A stretch of DNA of 62,933 nucleotides, filler included, from Octopus bimaculoides (GCF_001194135.2; 5 parts of 4 records of this genome joined end to end with filler, not necessarily neighbours in it), one strand, 5' to 3'. Positions 48,843 through 61,879 are shown, numbered from the whole stretch's first letter. The notes: generated by a model not told the origin, from the letters alone. Numbers and translations are program-made.

Positions 48843-49804
48843 TATTTTTGTATTTATGCACCTTCCTTAGTGTGCGCTGTTTAAATAATTCTCGTTAACA
48901 ACTGCCGCTGTACTACACTTATTAGAAAAGACCAATTGAGGTCTATCCGATTTTATGTCTATTATAATTATGCATTAGACAATACTTACTGTGGAATTAA
49001 AAAAAAAATGGTAAACGTTTTCTGTTTAAAAAAAACAACAACAAAACTGAAATTCATCAGGGATACGTAATTTCTGGTTTACAAAAGAAAACGTGCTTTA
49101 TTTCAGACCATCACCATTTAATTTCGAGATAAAATTGTGTTTTACCTAAACACGTTTGTCCGTAGTATTACCTTGCATCTGTTGGCTCGTTTGTCTGTCT
49201 GCATATTTCCCTCAACGTGAATAAATATGCGCTTGCGTGTGTTCATGTACAAATATTTATCGGCAAAAACACTAATACACATAATACATATAAAAAAAAA
49301 AATAAAAAAAAATACAAAGAGAAAGAGATGAGGAAAAAGCAAACGACATGTATTAGATTGACGGTCGGGAAAGATGGATGAAATCCTTGACATTTCGAAA
49401 CTTTTCTTTTCTAAAGAAAGGAATAAGGAGAGAAAAATGTTTTGCAATAAAACACAAAACACAAAACACNNNNNNNNNNNNNNNNNNNNNNNNNNNNNNN
49501 NNNNNNNNNNNNNNNNNNNNNNNNNNNNNNNNNNNNNNNNNNNNNNNNNNNNNNNNNNNNNNNNNNNNNNNNNNNNNNNNNNNNNNNNNNNNNNNNNNNA
49601 CAAAACACACACACACACACAAATATATGTATGAGTGTGTGTATGTATGAGCATATATATATATATATATATATATTGTTGTACTTGGGGATGGTCATAT
49701 TGCCAGTTTAGCCAATAAAAACACACGCACTGTATATTTGGTGTTAATTTTTTTTTTTTTTTCTCAGCTTTATATTACATTAATCATAATCTTAATCTTA
49801 TTTC

Positions 49805-49849
49805 GGCCAGAGTTCTTTCGTCACACTTCTGTGACCTCATCAGTGGTCC
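49805..49849 (-). ncRNA. Minimal type I hammerhead ribozyme motif with intact catalytic core
   Basis: Minus: GGACCA-CTGATGA-G-GTCAC-AGAAGT-GTGAC-GAAA-GAAC-TC-TGGCC: CUGANGA and GAAA intact, 5-bp stem II, CUC site, short stem I. Confidence 0.75.
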
Positions 49850-49873
49850 TTTGTTTCCTTCTTTCTTATGTGT

Positions 49874-49937
49874 GTCTCACCTTGCTAACTATCAGCCATT
49901 TTGTCTGATAGTTAGCTGATAGTTAGCAAGGTGAGAC
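49874..49937. repeat. Perfect 23-bp inverted repeat
   Basis: GTCTCACCTTGCTAACTATCAGC (49874-49896) and GCTGATAGTTAGCAAGGTGAGAC (49915-49937); spacer contains a duplicated CTGATAGTTAG. Confidence 0.92.
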
Positions 49938-51959
49938 TCACATATAATCATGTATATCCCATACGCATAATCGCGCATACATATACAAAAACTCACAAAC
50001 GCACGTACATATATATAGAGCATAAAATGTCACGAGCAGAGAGGGGGGAATATAGTTTTAACTACTTAAGGATGAAAATTGGTTAAATAAATATGTTCAC
50101 TTCTCATACCGCATAAAATTGCGGTATAAGAGGTAAATATATACACTATTTTTACGGCCTATATACTCCTGAAAAATATAATTACATCTAACTGGTGTCG
50201 TGGATTACAGTCGCATAGAACACTGCATTATACTCCTCTGTATATATACAAACCTAGCAGGTCTGGTTGGCATGCCCGCTAGAAGAATTTTCTGTGATAA
50301 ACACATGATTCTATAAATCTATATAGTACACTACAAACGCCCCCCCACACACACTTACTCATCCCAGGTTTAACAGCTCTGGTTTACATGGTAAAGCTGC
50401 TCAAAATAAAGTGTTAAAAGTAGTATTAAATGTAAATAATGTTGACATATCTAACCCGTCGAAACCACTTCTTTAATATTCACAGCCTTTATGGGGAGTA
50501 AAATTTCCTAGTAGCTGGTCATGTTTTGCACAGTAATTTGAAACGAAAGACACCACTTGTATGACGGTACGTTGATCTTCCACTGTTACATGATCTGAAG
50601 GCAAGTGTATACACACGTCACACAAACATACACATACATGCACACATGCATACATACATACATACATACATACATACATACATACATACATACATACATA
50701 CATACATACATACATACACTAATGCATACATGCATTCCTCCTAATAATCCACTTCTAAAGTTTTGTTCGTTCCGAATCTATATTAGAAAACACTTGCCAT
50801 AGATATCTAGATATCACTCTGTAAGTCTAAACCAGAAACCATGGATTTTGGAACTGAAACTCTTAAGCTAGTAGTTATGTCTGCGTATGGACCACTGGAA
50901 CAAAACAGGCAATAATATTCCTCTCTTTCGAAAGACACAAACCCGTCTCTGCCATTGAATTGTATGTTCACATTCCTAGACGCCGTATGGTCGGACTTTT
51001 AAAATTCAGTGCGGGAATCAACACACAGCTTATAGTCGTTATTTTGCAGAATAAAGCTGTATAGAAAGCCGTCGGATGGATTGTATTTGTAATTCGAAAG
51101 ATATTACGTTGTCGCTCAGAGTATCGCAGAAAGACTATTAAAAAATTAAGCTGTGAGAAAAGATAAATATGTAATGCTTAGTCACCCAGCAACAAAACGG
51201 TTATCCACCATAACATAACTCTTCAGCTGTGGTCAATATGTTCAATAACTATGTGGTGATCTCGCTTTATTCTAGCCGGAATGTGTAGGGCAAAACTAAA
51301 CTAAATAATGACAATTTCACAAATATCTCCCACACATACATACACAGAAATGCACACACACTCACACATTTATAAGTGAGTGTATATATGTAGCTGTGTG
51401 CCTTTATATATAATACATGCATGTGTACACATATAAGCACTCTTTTTGTTGGGTTCCTTTAATATGATCTTCCCTGAGGTGAAATCGATATAGGCTTGTG
51501 TGACGAAAGCCAGTATATAGAGGCAATCTTTCAATGAGACAAACCAGCCACACATTTTCGACATCTAATTTTGTTATCTATATAGCATGTAACTGTTCTG
51601 CTTTTACGGTATACCAATTCCAATGACAAGTGGAATGGGTTACCGGCTTTCAATTCGTGGTTTGCTCCATTATGCTAATTACATTACGGAACGTTTCTAG
51701 AAAAAAGGAAAACAATATGTTTTAAATTCTATGGTACAAGACACAAATATATGAGAACAGTGTGGATGTATATGAAACTACCTTAGTTGTAAATACGTAA
51801 TTATTGTTGTAGCGTACCAGACGAGTGAGCCTCTTTCAGTTGCTCGTTCTACTAAAAATAGCAGCCATATTTTTCTCAAATCCAGATATATGTAGTAGAT
51901 TGCTTTGATCACAAGTCTGCTCAGTTAGATCCGAGATGTGATTAAAAAAACTGTAAAAC

Positions 51960-52390
51960 ACCAACAGTAATAATATTGCTTTCAAATATTGGCGCAAGGC
52001 CAGTAATTTTGGGAGAGGTCTAAGTCGATTACATAAATTCCAAAAGGATAAAAGGCAAAGTCAACCACAGCGGAGTTTGAAACCATGGCATAATACCGAC
52101 AAAATGACGCTTAGTGTTTTGTCAGTTGTGCTAACAATTCTGCATGCTTGTCGGTTTAATAACAATAACCTTATGAAGTCTGACTTTCCAAAATTTTGCA
52201 CAAGGCCAGCAATTTCAGAGAAGATAGTACGTCGATTACATGGACAGCATTGTTCAACTGGTTAATTTATCGACCTCGAAATGAGGAAGGCCAAAGCCAA
52301 TCTCGGTGGACATTGAACTCAGAACGCCAAGACAGACGAATAGAGTTAATTATTTTTCCTGGCTTGCTAACTATTCTGCCATTTTACTGT
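51960..52390 (-). mobile_element. Two tandem diverged SINE family B copies
   Basis: Two CAAGGCCAG(T/C)AATTT...GTCGATTACAT...AAGGC(C/A)AAAG modules. Confidence 0.7.
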
Positions 52391-52926
52391 CTTAGCTCAA
52401 GCTTTGTTTCTTTTACTCCTAATCTGAGGCTGCAATCAATTGAATGTCAGTCATGCCTCCCCTAGATGTTACATTAATTTTTTTTTATATAAATAATATG
52501 ACACTACCAGAATAGCAGAAATAAAAAATGTTAAGTCGTATGCTGTGGAAGTTTCTAGTGCTTAGACAGCGAATTAAAGACAAAATAATTCCATACTTTA
52601 ATTTAAAACAGAAGTATTTCAGACATTATACATGTATAAATTTGTAGAGAATTTTTATTTTACTTTAACTAATTCTTTGTATATTATTGATTTTTTTATT
52701 TAATTTAATTATTTTTGTATTTTATACATTTATTTAATGCTTGCTTATCATCAACTTGTAAGTCTTCTTTTTCTTAATTTAATAGGATGCTTATCTTAAT
52801 CCGCATGTATTTCAAAGATATATTCATTCGACTTTAATTTATTTTTCATAGAAAGATGTAAATTCGTACACAAAATTTCTACTTGCATTACTCTCACATT
52901 AAAAACATATCATTCCGCAAAACAGT

Positions 52927-52964
<38 letters not shown>

Positions 52965-53340
52965 TACACACACGTGCGCACAGGCGCACACACACTTACA
53001 CGCACACGTACTTACACACAGCCAAACATCTATCTGCGTGTATACAATTTGAACCTGTAGTTAAATGGTTTCCTTCAGAAATGCATTATCTCAAATTCGA
53101 TCCTATTGTGCGACAACATAGGCAGGGATCTGATCAACAAAAATTGGAGAGAATACAGGCAACGTACGCGCGCGACGTGCGTTCTTGCGTGCTAGCCCGT
53201 ACATTGTGTTTTAGAGAATAGAAACGTCGTTTCTTATGATATTGTTTGGGTTTTATCATTTATTTCGTTCTCCTCACAAAGGATGCTGTTAAAATACACA
53301 TCATTCACAATGATTAATAAGTATCGGATAGATTCAGTAT

Positions 53341-53555
53341 TCTTTTCTACAATAGGCACAAGGCCCACAATTTGGGGGCAAGGGGCCAGTCAATTAGATC
53401 GAGTCTAGGACGCAACTCGTACTTAATTTATCGACCCTGAAAGGATGAAAGGCAAAGTCGACTTCGGTAGAGTTTGGACTCAGAACATAAAGACAGACGA
53501 AATACCGCTAAGAATTTCGTCCGGCGAGCTAACGTTTTTGCTAGCTCTCCGTCTT
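53341..53555 (-). mobile_element. SINE family B
   Basis: CACAAGGCCCACAATTTGGGGG...GGATGAAAGGCAAAGTCGAC...GAAATACCGCTAAG. Confidence 0.85.
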
Positions 53556-53588
53556 GGATAGATTCAATATTGATAATAAATTGAACCA

Positions 53589-53752
53589 AAGCAACGGGCC
53601 AGCACAATCGTTTACACGCCGGACAAAATGATTTCCGGTATTTCGTCCGTCTTTAAGTTCTGAGTTCAAATTTCGCCGAGGTTGACTTAGCTTCAATGCT
53701 TTCGTATTCTATAAAATAAGGACTAGTTGAGCACCGGGGGTCAATGTAATCG
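53589..53752 (+). mobile_element. SINE family B, diverged, head-to-head with the previous copy
   Basis: GGTATTTCGTCCGTCTTTAAGTTCTGAGTTCAAATTTCGCCGAGGTTGAC. Confidence 0.75.
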
Positions 53753-55049
53753 TCATAAATGGATAACTCCTAGTTTTTGTGATACGGATCGATTTATTCT
53801 ATCGACCGAACTATATGTTCACTGAATTAACAGGTGAGTGGTCGAGCATTCCACAAACACGTAACACTCAAGTAGATTAACACAGTGTTTTACAAAGTTA
53901 CGTCTTTGAATTGTCGGTCGAAACCAATCGATGGCATTGTATACACCCTCCGCCTACCTTGTTTCTCTCACAAATCTAAGCTTACCGTAAGCTATGCTAA
54001 AAGACTTTGGTAGGATTGATTATTGGATCTTATTACTGTAAAAAGATCTTCTTGGCTATTGGGTGAAACTACGTCCACTCAGTAATGGTTATGGCGTTCT
54101 ATCAACAGTATAACTGTATCTAAAATGTGAGGATTTCTCTTTAACAGCAGCAAATATTTCTGCCTTGATTAATTACTGATACTTCAGTATGACGTTGATA
54201 GGCATGCTATGACACACACTCCAGTAGTGATACTTTTTCGATTATATTGATATGCGATGACTTTGAAAAGGAACTCTGTTATATATAAACAAGTTTGTAT
54301 AAGCATTTATCTACAAGAAAAAAAATGTATACTTCGGTGTAAAATATTTTGACATGAATGGATATGCGAATTTCTATACATGTGCGTATAATTTAGACGT
54401 CAAGCATACTTATTGATGGTTCTTTAAAAGATACAACTACCAGCTGACAGAAGAGCTTTGTCCTTTTGCATCTTTTATCGATACCAGTGGGTTTCTAAAT
54501 TAGTTCATTGCGTATCTCTTTTAACTGAACAGTCCCCAACTACCCTTGTTTCTCACGACTTTCTGTTCTCCGTTACAGTGTTCCACCCAGCTGCTGGTCT
54601 GATCCTCCAAATTCACAATTCTCTTAATTAACTCGTTCATCCATATTTTCCAGCAGACATTGATTCATAATTCAAGAGCATCAGCAGAAGACCTACTTTT
54701 ATAGGGTAATTTGCAAAGTTAGTTGGTGTTGCAGCCTGTATCTTCATTCAGTTACTAAACAAATCATTAATAAGAGGAATAATTTCGGCACAATGATGTC
54801 GCTTATCTTCCGTACTTAACATATCTATATTAATCAATAACAGGCAAGTTCTGGTTACGTCAGTTTCTATTCTATCTGTTATTCACTAGGAAATTCAGTT
54901 TGTGTAATATTTTACCTAGTACAATAAATCAAAGATAGCAAATATATATATATGTTACAAATCATAGATATTTGAAATCACGTTTTCAAGTTATGAGTAT
55001 ATAAGTTTTTATGCATTTGAAATAAGAGTAACATATCCCAAAGATATAT

Positions 55050-55460
55050 TGGCTTCAAATTGTTGCAGCACTTTCAACGGAGGAGGTCAGTAGATTACAT
55101 CGTTCCAAGTGTCCAACTGGTACGTATTTTATCGACCTGAAGGGACGATATGCAATGTAGAACTCAGCAGAATTTGAAATCCGACATTAATGTAGAACGA
55201 AATGTCGCTTCGCACTTTGCCACATCACCGAATTAAATCCCAAAAGACTTCCTCTTACCACAAATTCCTGGCACATAGCAAGCAACTTGGGGTCAGGAGA
55301 AGTCGATTTTATCAACCCGCGAAGCTCAACCGGCACTTATTTTATTCGGCCCTAAAACGAAAAAAAGGTAAATCGACCTTGATGGAATTTGAACTCAGAC
55401 GTAAAGACGGACGAAATGCTGCTATGTATTTTGCCTGGCATGCTAATGATTCTGCGAGCT
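55050..55460 (-). mobile_element. Cluster of diverged SINE family B pieces
   Basis: Repeated ATTTTATCGACC...GAATTTGAA modules; last one ends GGAATTTGAACTCAGACGTAAAGACGGACGAAATG. Confidence 0.65.
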
Positions 55461-55586
55461 CATCGCCTTCCATCACAAAAGAAAATATTAATCTGCAACA
55501 TCTATAGCAATGGATAGTACTTTGACCTTATTTCGTTCATGTAAAAATAATGTCGTATGAGATGCAAATATCTCTCGACACACACG

Positions 55587-55617
<31 letters not shown>

Positions 55618-55743
55618 TGACGTTTCTCATCAATATATAATTAGCTCTGTAAATTGCTGAACTAGTTGTCGGCATAAACTAACTGGCAAGCACATATACA
55701 CACACAAGCCACCATCTAGTCCAACACGGACACATGCATGTGC

Positions 55744-55783
<40 letters not shown>

Positions 55784-55939
55784 AGGAGTATGTGAATATA
55801 TTGTACAGAGCGATGGACATACACTGCATGAGGTAATGTCATCACATATTTGAAAATGTGTTTATCTCATTTAACTTTAATACGTAGAGTGAGATGCGTG
55901 GTTGTTACATACATGCATACACACAATCACAAACACAAT

Positions 55940-56430
55940 CTCGCAGAGGTACGTTTCTCCTGCACTATCTCTGACTTCTCTGTCTCCTTTCCTGACATTT
56001 CGGTCAGGATTCATCACTCCACTTTCACCACCTCCATATACTACAAACACACAGACTCACACTCATATCTCAACTTCTCCTCCTCCCGCTCTAAACACGC
56101 CAAGCTTTCCATCCCCTATTCCCAATTATTTCGTCTACGCAGGCTCTGCAGTGACAACGAAGACTTTGAGACTCAGTCTCAAGTCATGCCTCGCCACTTC
56201 ATTCTACGTGGATATGCCCTCACCACTATCCACATCGCCCTTGCCAGAGCACGTTCCGTGGATCGTGCATCTGCTCTCTCCCTCCGCACCCGCCCCACCG
56301 TCTCCCGTTACGCCTTAACTATCAAGCCACCACCCTACCTCTCCAACGAACCATTCTCACAGCCTTCCGGCGACTCAAGTCCGACCTCTCCACTTCGCAC
56401 ATCCTCCCTAACTGACCCCTCCTCCAAAGT
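55940..56430 (+). mobile_element. PLE RT thumb/C-terminal fragment, GC-richer lineage
   Basis: FSCTISDFSVSFPDISV...TSIYYKHTDSHSYLNFSSSRSKHAKLSIPYSQLFRLRRLCSDNEDF...RGY is the typical PLE KPTD..YL...S.HP....SIPYSQ.LR.RR.CS motif. Confidence 0.9.
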
Positions 56431-59036
56431 CCGAAACCTCGCAGCTGGTATTTATAATCTATGTATTTCACAGCTTATATTTACTGCGCCAAAAGTCCTA
56501 TAAAAAATGCGAATCAAGAAATGTGTCCTCCGGGTTTATGTACATAACAGAATCCTTTGGCTATTGGAGATAATGCAGGACAAATGTTTTGTTGAAGGTC
56601 TGTTGTGTCAGAAACACCTGTTCGCGGCAATCCTCTTCTCTTCAACCAGTCCTTTTCATCAATGGCGTGTCAAATTTGTTTATACCTTGTTCCTTAGTCT
56701 ATCTTCCCTTCTAATACGAATCTGGTCTGAAATGCCATTTTGTAATTATGACACATTCTCTAGATACAGTGATAATTTTAAGAAATCAAGAATTGATATT
56801 TTATGGTGTTTGATATACATGCATATCTGTATGATCATATGGAAAGAGCAAATACAAAATAAGTCCAGTGGGTTACATACCGAAGGATGTTTACAGATTC
56901 TACATTTAGTATGGCATTCATTGAGATAATCCGAAGCAGAATCATTGCTTTTAAAATCTATTCCTTAAGCAATTATTCAATGTAATTTATTTCATTTCGC
57001 AGATATAATAATTACACTCTACGATCATTTTCCTATTAATTTGACAAACTAATATCTTAATTTGATAGTTTAGATTTGAAATATGTTTAATTCAGAAAGT
57101 ATGATTTAGAATGTAATAGCAAATTCAAAAACCTTACAAGAAAATTCATTTTCAATAGAGTTTTTAATGAATAATGGAAATAGAAATTTTGTTTGGGTGC
57201 AAATTTTGTTTGAATTAAGAATTTTAGTTTAAGGCAGTATTACAAATATTAAAATAATCGATTAACTTAACCTTCTAGAAAATTGATCGTCTAACTTTTC
57301 CAATGTTAGATTTAGAAAGTGAGGCTGATCTGCATATCACAACAAACATATTTAATGAACTTCTATTCTTTCACATTCTTTTCGTAAAAAATGATTGTGG
57401 GAGTGGAGTATGTTCTCTAGCAGATGCAGGTTTGCTGACACATAACTTACTTGGTAACCTTGGGAAGTCAAAGGTCATCACCATATTAGTTAAACCACTG
57501 TTGTGAACATAATTTTTCTTTACAGTCAATGACTAAAGGAGAAACATCCACTACTTTGCACCTTAGAATTGAGCGCTAGTGTTTTTTTTTTCGAACTACT
57601 ACTCTGGAGGAAGCAAATCTCTTACCTGTGTTGATATATTTGACAGCGAGAAAACGCTGTTGATGTCCGAGAGAGTGACAATGGTAAATTACACTAGCCA
57701 GTAACTCTTAAAGGAAACTTGCAATTAGCTTCAAAGGGAAACATGGTTGGATGTGTGCGGATCACCAACTCCAGAGATATATTCTCGGTGGAACTTTATT
57801 CTTTAGTCCATATCTTCATGCAGGTGCCCTGTCCATTCACCGACGTAATTTGGAATAGCAATATAAGGTTGTCTATGATATTATGACTAATAAGCATTAT
57901 TTAGATAAATAGAAGTCGAACACATTTTTGATCAATAGATATAATATATGAGTTTAAGTATACTATTCAACAGTAGCGTTGAAATTTTTGCTGTGAAGCG
58001 AAATCAGTCACATCTCAATGTTCACTATTTCGTGCAATAAAACTGGTTATGTTTTGTGAATTGAGGTATGATTTGGCATTTCGGGCAGAAATATTTTGTG
58101 AACATGTATTATTTGGGGACGATACTAACATCAGCTCCATATAGTTTTTCTTCGCTTTATATGAGCAGCCACTACAAATCCGCAGACATAAAATTAATCA
58201 GATGAATACGTTGTTGATATTGTATCTCAGGTAGTTTTACTAAGCATATGTATGGTACCTTCTAGCAAATGATTTTGCCTGATATACTGAGGTAGAACTC
58301 TATAGTTTTACTATCTTTATTTTTAAAAAAATGTCTGGTCCTATGTCTCTCTCAGATTCTCACCTCTTCGTCATTTTCTATGCTTTATTCAACAAAAGGG
58401 GGTTGAAAGTATGAAAATAATATTAGAGATTTTAAAAATAGACTGATACATATGGTCTTAGAATAGAATACGTTATGTTTCGACCTATATGTGTGTTGAT
58501 AACAGATTAGAATTAAAAAAACCTACAGAAATAATAATTTAAAGAACAATTAAATAAACAATTGAAACAAATAACAGACAAAAAATGAACAGAGAAAAGT
58601 AGAGGAAAATATTGTGATAAATCATTAGAGTGAAAAACAACTACTTCAGCGAGACGTTCACTCATCGCTGATCAAATGCAGTTGATATCAGCTATTGAAC
58701 ATTAAATCAGTCTGTGGAAACAAGTTATTTTGTATGGAAGCGAAGATTTCCATTAAAGTGTCAATATAAATTATATACGATGTGTAAGAAGTATAAAGTA
58801 TTTCATGATATAACTAAATATCATTCAGCATGCCATATGATGTGAATCACAGAGAGTAGAAAAAGAAAAATGATCATTCCCTGCGTTCATTCCCTCAGTA
58901 ATTTGGCCTTTGTTTTAAATTGCCCCTGCTGTTCTCTTATACACATAGACAACCACACACACACCTGTGTCATATTTTGCGCGTATGTTTGTAGGGGTGG
59001 ACGTATATTTAAAGGCTCATACACTANNNNNNNNNN

Positions 59037-59095
<59 letters not shown>

Positions 59096-59876
59096 AGAGC
59101 AAGACAGTTACGGAATAGAGTAGGTAAAATCTGGGCTACATATGTTTTGTAGCGAGCGGAACCTCGGAAGTAGTATATAGCCAAGTGAGGTGTATACGGC
59201 AGGCTACTTTCAAATCAAGGATATCTTGACTATGCGAAGTTTACTTTGCCGTTAGAAGGTCTATGTTAACATACGGAGGATTCAATTCCTTAACTCTTGG
59301 ATTTCTATTTGCATATTCGGCATCCCTGGCTGCCAATCATGAAATATAAAATCATTTTTTCAGTTTATCGTACCTCGATAAGGAAATGTTCACAACTTTC
59401 AATCCCAATAAACCAATATTTTTCCTGATAGTTATTTAAAAAAAAAATCTTCTGCAATGTGCTTGAAACTCCCTTTCTTCCTACACTTCGATATTTGGAT
59501 CTTACATTTATATATATATACATATATGGGAAAGGTAAGAAGGAAAAAAGCGAAAATACACATTGAATATCAAAAAAAAAAAAAAAAAAAAAATAAAATA
59601 AAGGCCTTTTAATGAAAAGGCATTTAACAATACAAAATAATGAATTTAATTCCTCTTAATTCTACCTCAGTTCATCTAATTGTACTTTTTATCGCTACTT
59701 TTCATTAAAAAAGCCTTTAATTTTTTCATATTCAATGTTCATTTTCACTTTTTTCTTATTACTTTCTCCATATCTTTTTCGCGTGTAGCTTCTATTTTCT
59801 TTTTGAAATATATTTGTATTATATACATATACAAATACATATATACATACACATATACATACATATACATATACAT

Positions 59877-59933
<57 letters not shown>

Positions 59934-60403
59934 NNNNNNNNNNNNNNNNNNNNNNNNNNNNNNNNNNNNNNNNNNNNTTAATTAATTAANNNNNNNNNNN
60001 NNNNNNNNNNNNNNNNNNNNNNNNNNNNNNNNNGGCAGTGAGCATGGTGTGTGTGTGTGTGTATGCGTGTGTGCGTATATATATGTTTATATCTAATATA
60101 ATAAATGCGAAAACAAATTTCTGTGTCAGTGTGTCACACTTCGAACTCTTCTCTTACTATTCATCGACACTCCTACTACTGCTCATGTTGGGGTGAGAGT
60201 AATAGTAGGCATAGAGATGGTAGTAGATTGACGGTTGCGATATTGACGGGATGATAGTAATAATATGAGCTGTAGTTCTGATAGAGGAGAAGGCAACGGT
60301 GATGATGATGGTGGTGGTGGTAGCGTCAGAAGTCTGAATAGTGTTTGTATGGTAGTTGTGGTGGCGATGATGGTGGCACTGGTGATGGTTGGAAACAGTC
60401 AAC

Positions 60404-60449
<46 letters not shown>

Positions 60450-60715
60450 GCTAGAGGAAAAAAGAAATTGTACTGACCCATGAACGGGCAGGCAAAAAAT
60501 GTTGTTTATCATGCAGCTTTGCAATAAGTTCCAAATCGACAAATTATATCATTATTTTGATGAAAATTGTTCATTGCTTGAAAAATATTGGTAAAGTTTA
60601 AGAAAATTTAATATGTACTCAATGCATGAAGTATCATTGTTGGACCCAAGGCCCAATGAAGAGCCCTCCACAGGAGCTAGCTTAAAAGCCGCCTAATATG
60701 GAAGCTTTTAAGCTA

Positions 60716-60754
<39 letters not shown>

Positions 60755-60758
<4 letters not shown>

Positions 60759-60925
60759 CGCATCAGCTATTGGTTCGGTGCTTTGTGTCCACAAGGAAGA
60801 CACTTCCAGTGATCTCATCTGAAAAGGAGTACCGGGAATAACCAGGGGTTAACCTTGCGACAAACAGGCATCTCGTTCAGTGGGGTGTGTTGAAATACGT
60901 TGGGGCCTAACGAGCCTCTGGATCA
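60755..60925 (+). mobile_element. Diverged SINE-like element
   Basis: GGAAGACACTT...GGGGTTAACCTTGCGACAAACAGGCATCTCGTTCAGTGGGG resembles a conserved SINE central domain by eye. Confidence 0.45.
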
Positions 60926-61111
60926 GATAGAGAATTCGACTTAAAAAATACTTCAATGTAGACATTCAAGTATGCACAATCAGGTGTTTGTGTAATATTT
61001 GTGGAATGAAAGCAAACATGAATGTGTAAAGGACAGAAACACGTACAGTTCTTTGGTTGGAATATAGCTGTTTGCGAAACGTTCATTATTAGAACAATGT
61101 CAGTTGAAAGA

Positions 61112-61143
61112 CCTGATGACGCTAATTAGATAAACGATTGTAA
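61112..61143 (+). ncRNA. Degenerate minimal hammerhead-like motif
   Basis: CTGATGA-CGCTAATTAGAT-AAAC-GATT-GT-A; G12 lost, stem II eroded, GUA site kept. Confidence 0.35.
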
Positions 61144-61250
61144 ATCTAATAAGTTAGAGTTGTAATTTTAAATTCTCAATCGCAGAATAATGCTAGCAAT
61201 ATAGCCTGAACAGGATAAACTATCCCTATTTTTGCAGAGAAAAGTGTAGG

Positions 61251-61325
61251 TGGCTAGCTGTGGACTCGAACTCACATCCCGTGATTACATGTCACGATGC
61301 TTTGACCGATTAAGCTAAACTACCC
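61251..61325 (-). pseudogene. tRNA-like cloverleaf (anticodon position TGT, Thr-like), non-canonical
   Basis: Minus GGGTAGT-TTAGCTTAATCGGTCAAAGC-A-TCGTGA-CATGTAA-TCACG-GGAT-GTGAG-TTCGAGT-CCAC-AGCTAGCC-A; A and B boxes present; U33 replaced by A; T stem lacks one base. Confidence 0.75.
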
Positions 61326-61879
61326 ACTACAAATTCCTCTGCAAATTAAGATATATAAATCTCGCTTCATGAGACGCTCTCATGTTAAATTCAAATTACG
61401 ACAAACGTAAATAAACAAACGAAGTTTGCTTTTAGAAGCGTTGAGATGTCTTTTAGAAAGTTAAAGAAGTGATTTTTAGTTATATCTAATAAGTTAGATA
61501 TATCTTGCAAGTTTTCAACTTTGTAGTGGAATGTTTAAAATAACAGATGAAATCACCGCCTCTCGAGGCTGCTGTATTACAGTATTTCATCTAAAAACGA
61601 AGGTAGCAACAAGTCAGATTTAATCCTTTATTTAACAATTTTAAAGCTTACGTTGATAACATTAACGTGGCAATAAGAAAGAATATCAACACAGTTTCAA
61701 ATCAAAGCAACATTTTCTGTTTTCCTGTGTTTCATGCAATAGTCTAAATAGACACGTTACGATTGGATACAGATGAAGAGTAATAAAAAAAGCACGAAGA
61801 CTAAACATTTAAGATTATATTATTGCGGATTATGCAGTCTCTCGGTTGCATGCTGTTGAATCGAAAGGTACAAATATAG

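Noticed and set aside
56507-56929. 140-aa plus-strand ORF
   Set aside because: No domain-like pattern; the minus strand faintly resembles a decayed RTE C-terminus (FVLEGKID*...DW), too weak to call
57445-57720. Two minus-strand exon candidates (81 nt ending CAG|GTAAGA; 47 nt ending AA|GTAAGT)
   Set aside because: Phases are incompatible (joining creates a stop) and the peptides are unrecognisable; may merit an RNA-seq look but not supportable
60157-60402. His/Thr-rich ORF
   Set aside because: Cryptic GAT/GGT/TAG trinucleotide decay region
61251-61325. Functional tRNA-Thr(UGU) gene
   Set aside because: Invariant U33 replaced, T stem shortened and acceptor mismatch; reported as tRNA-like only
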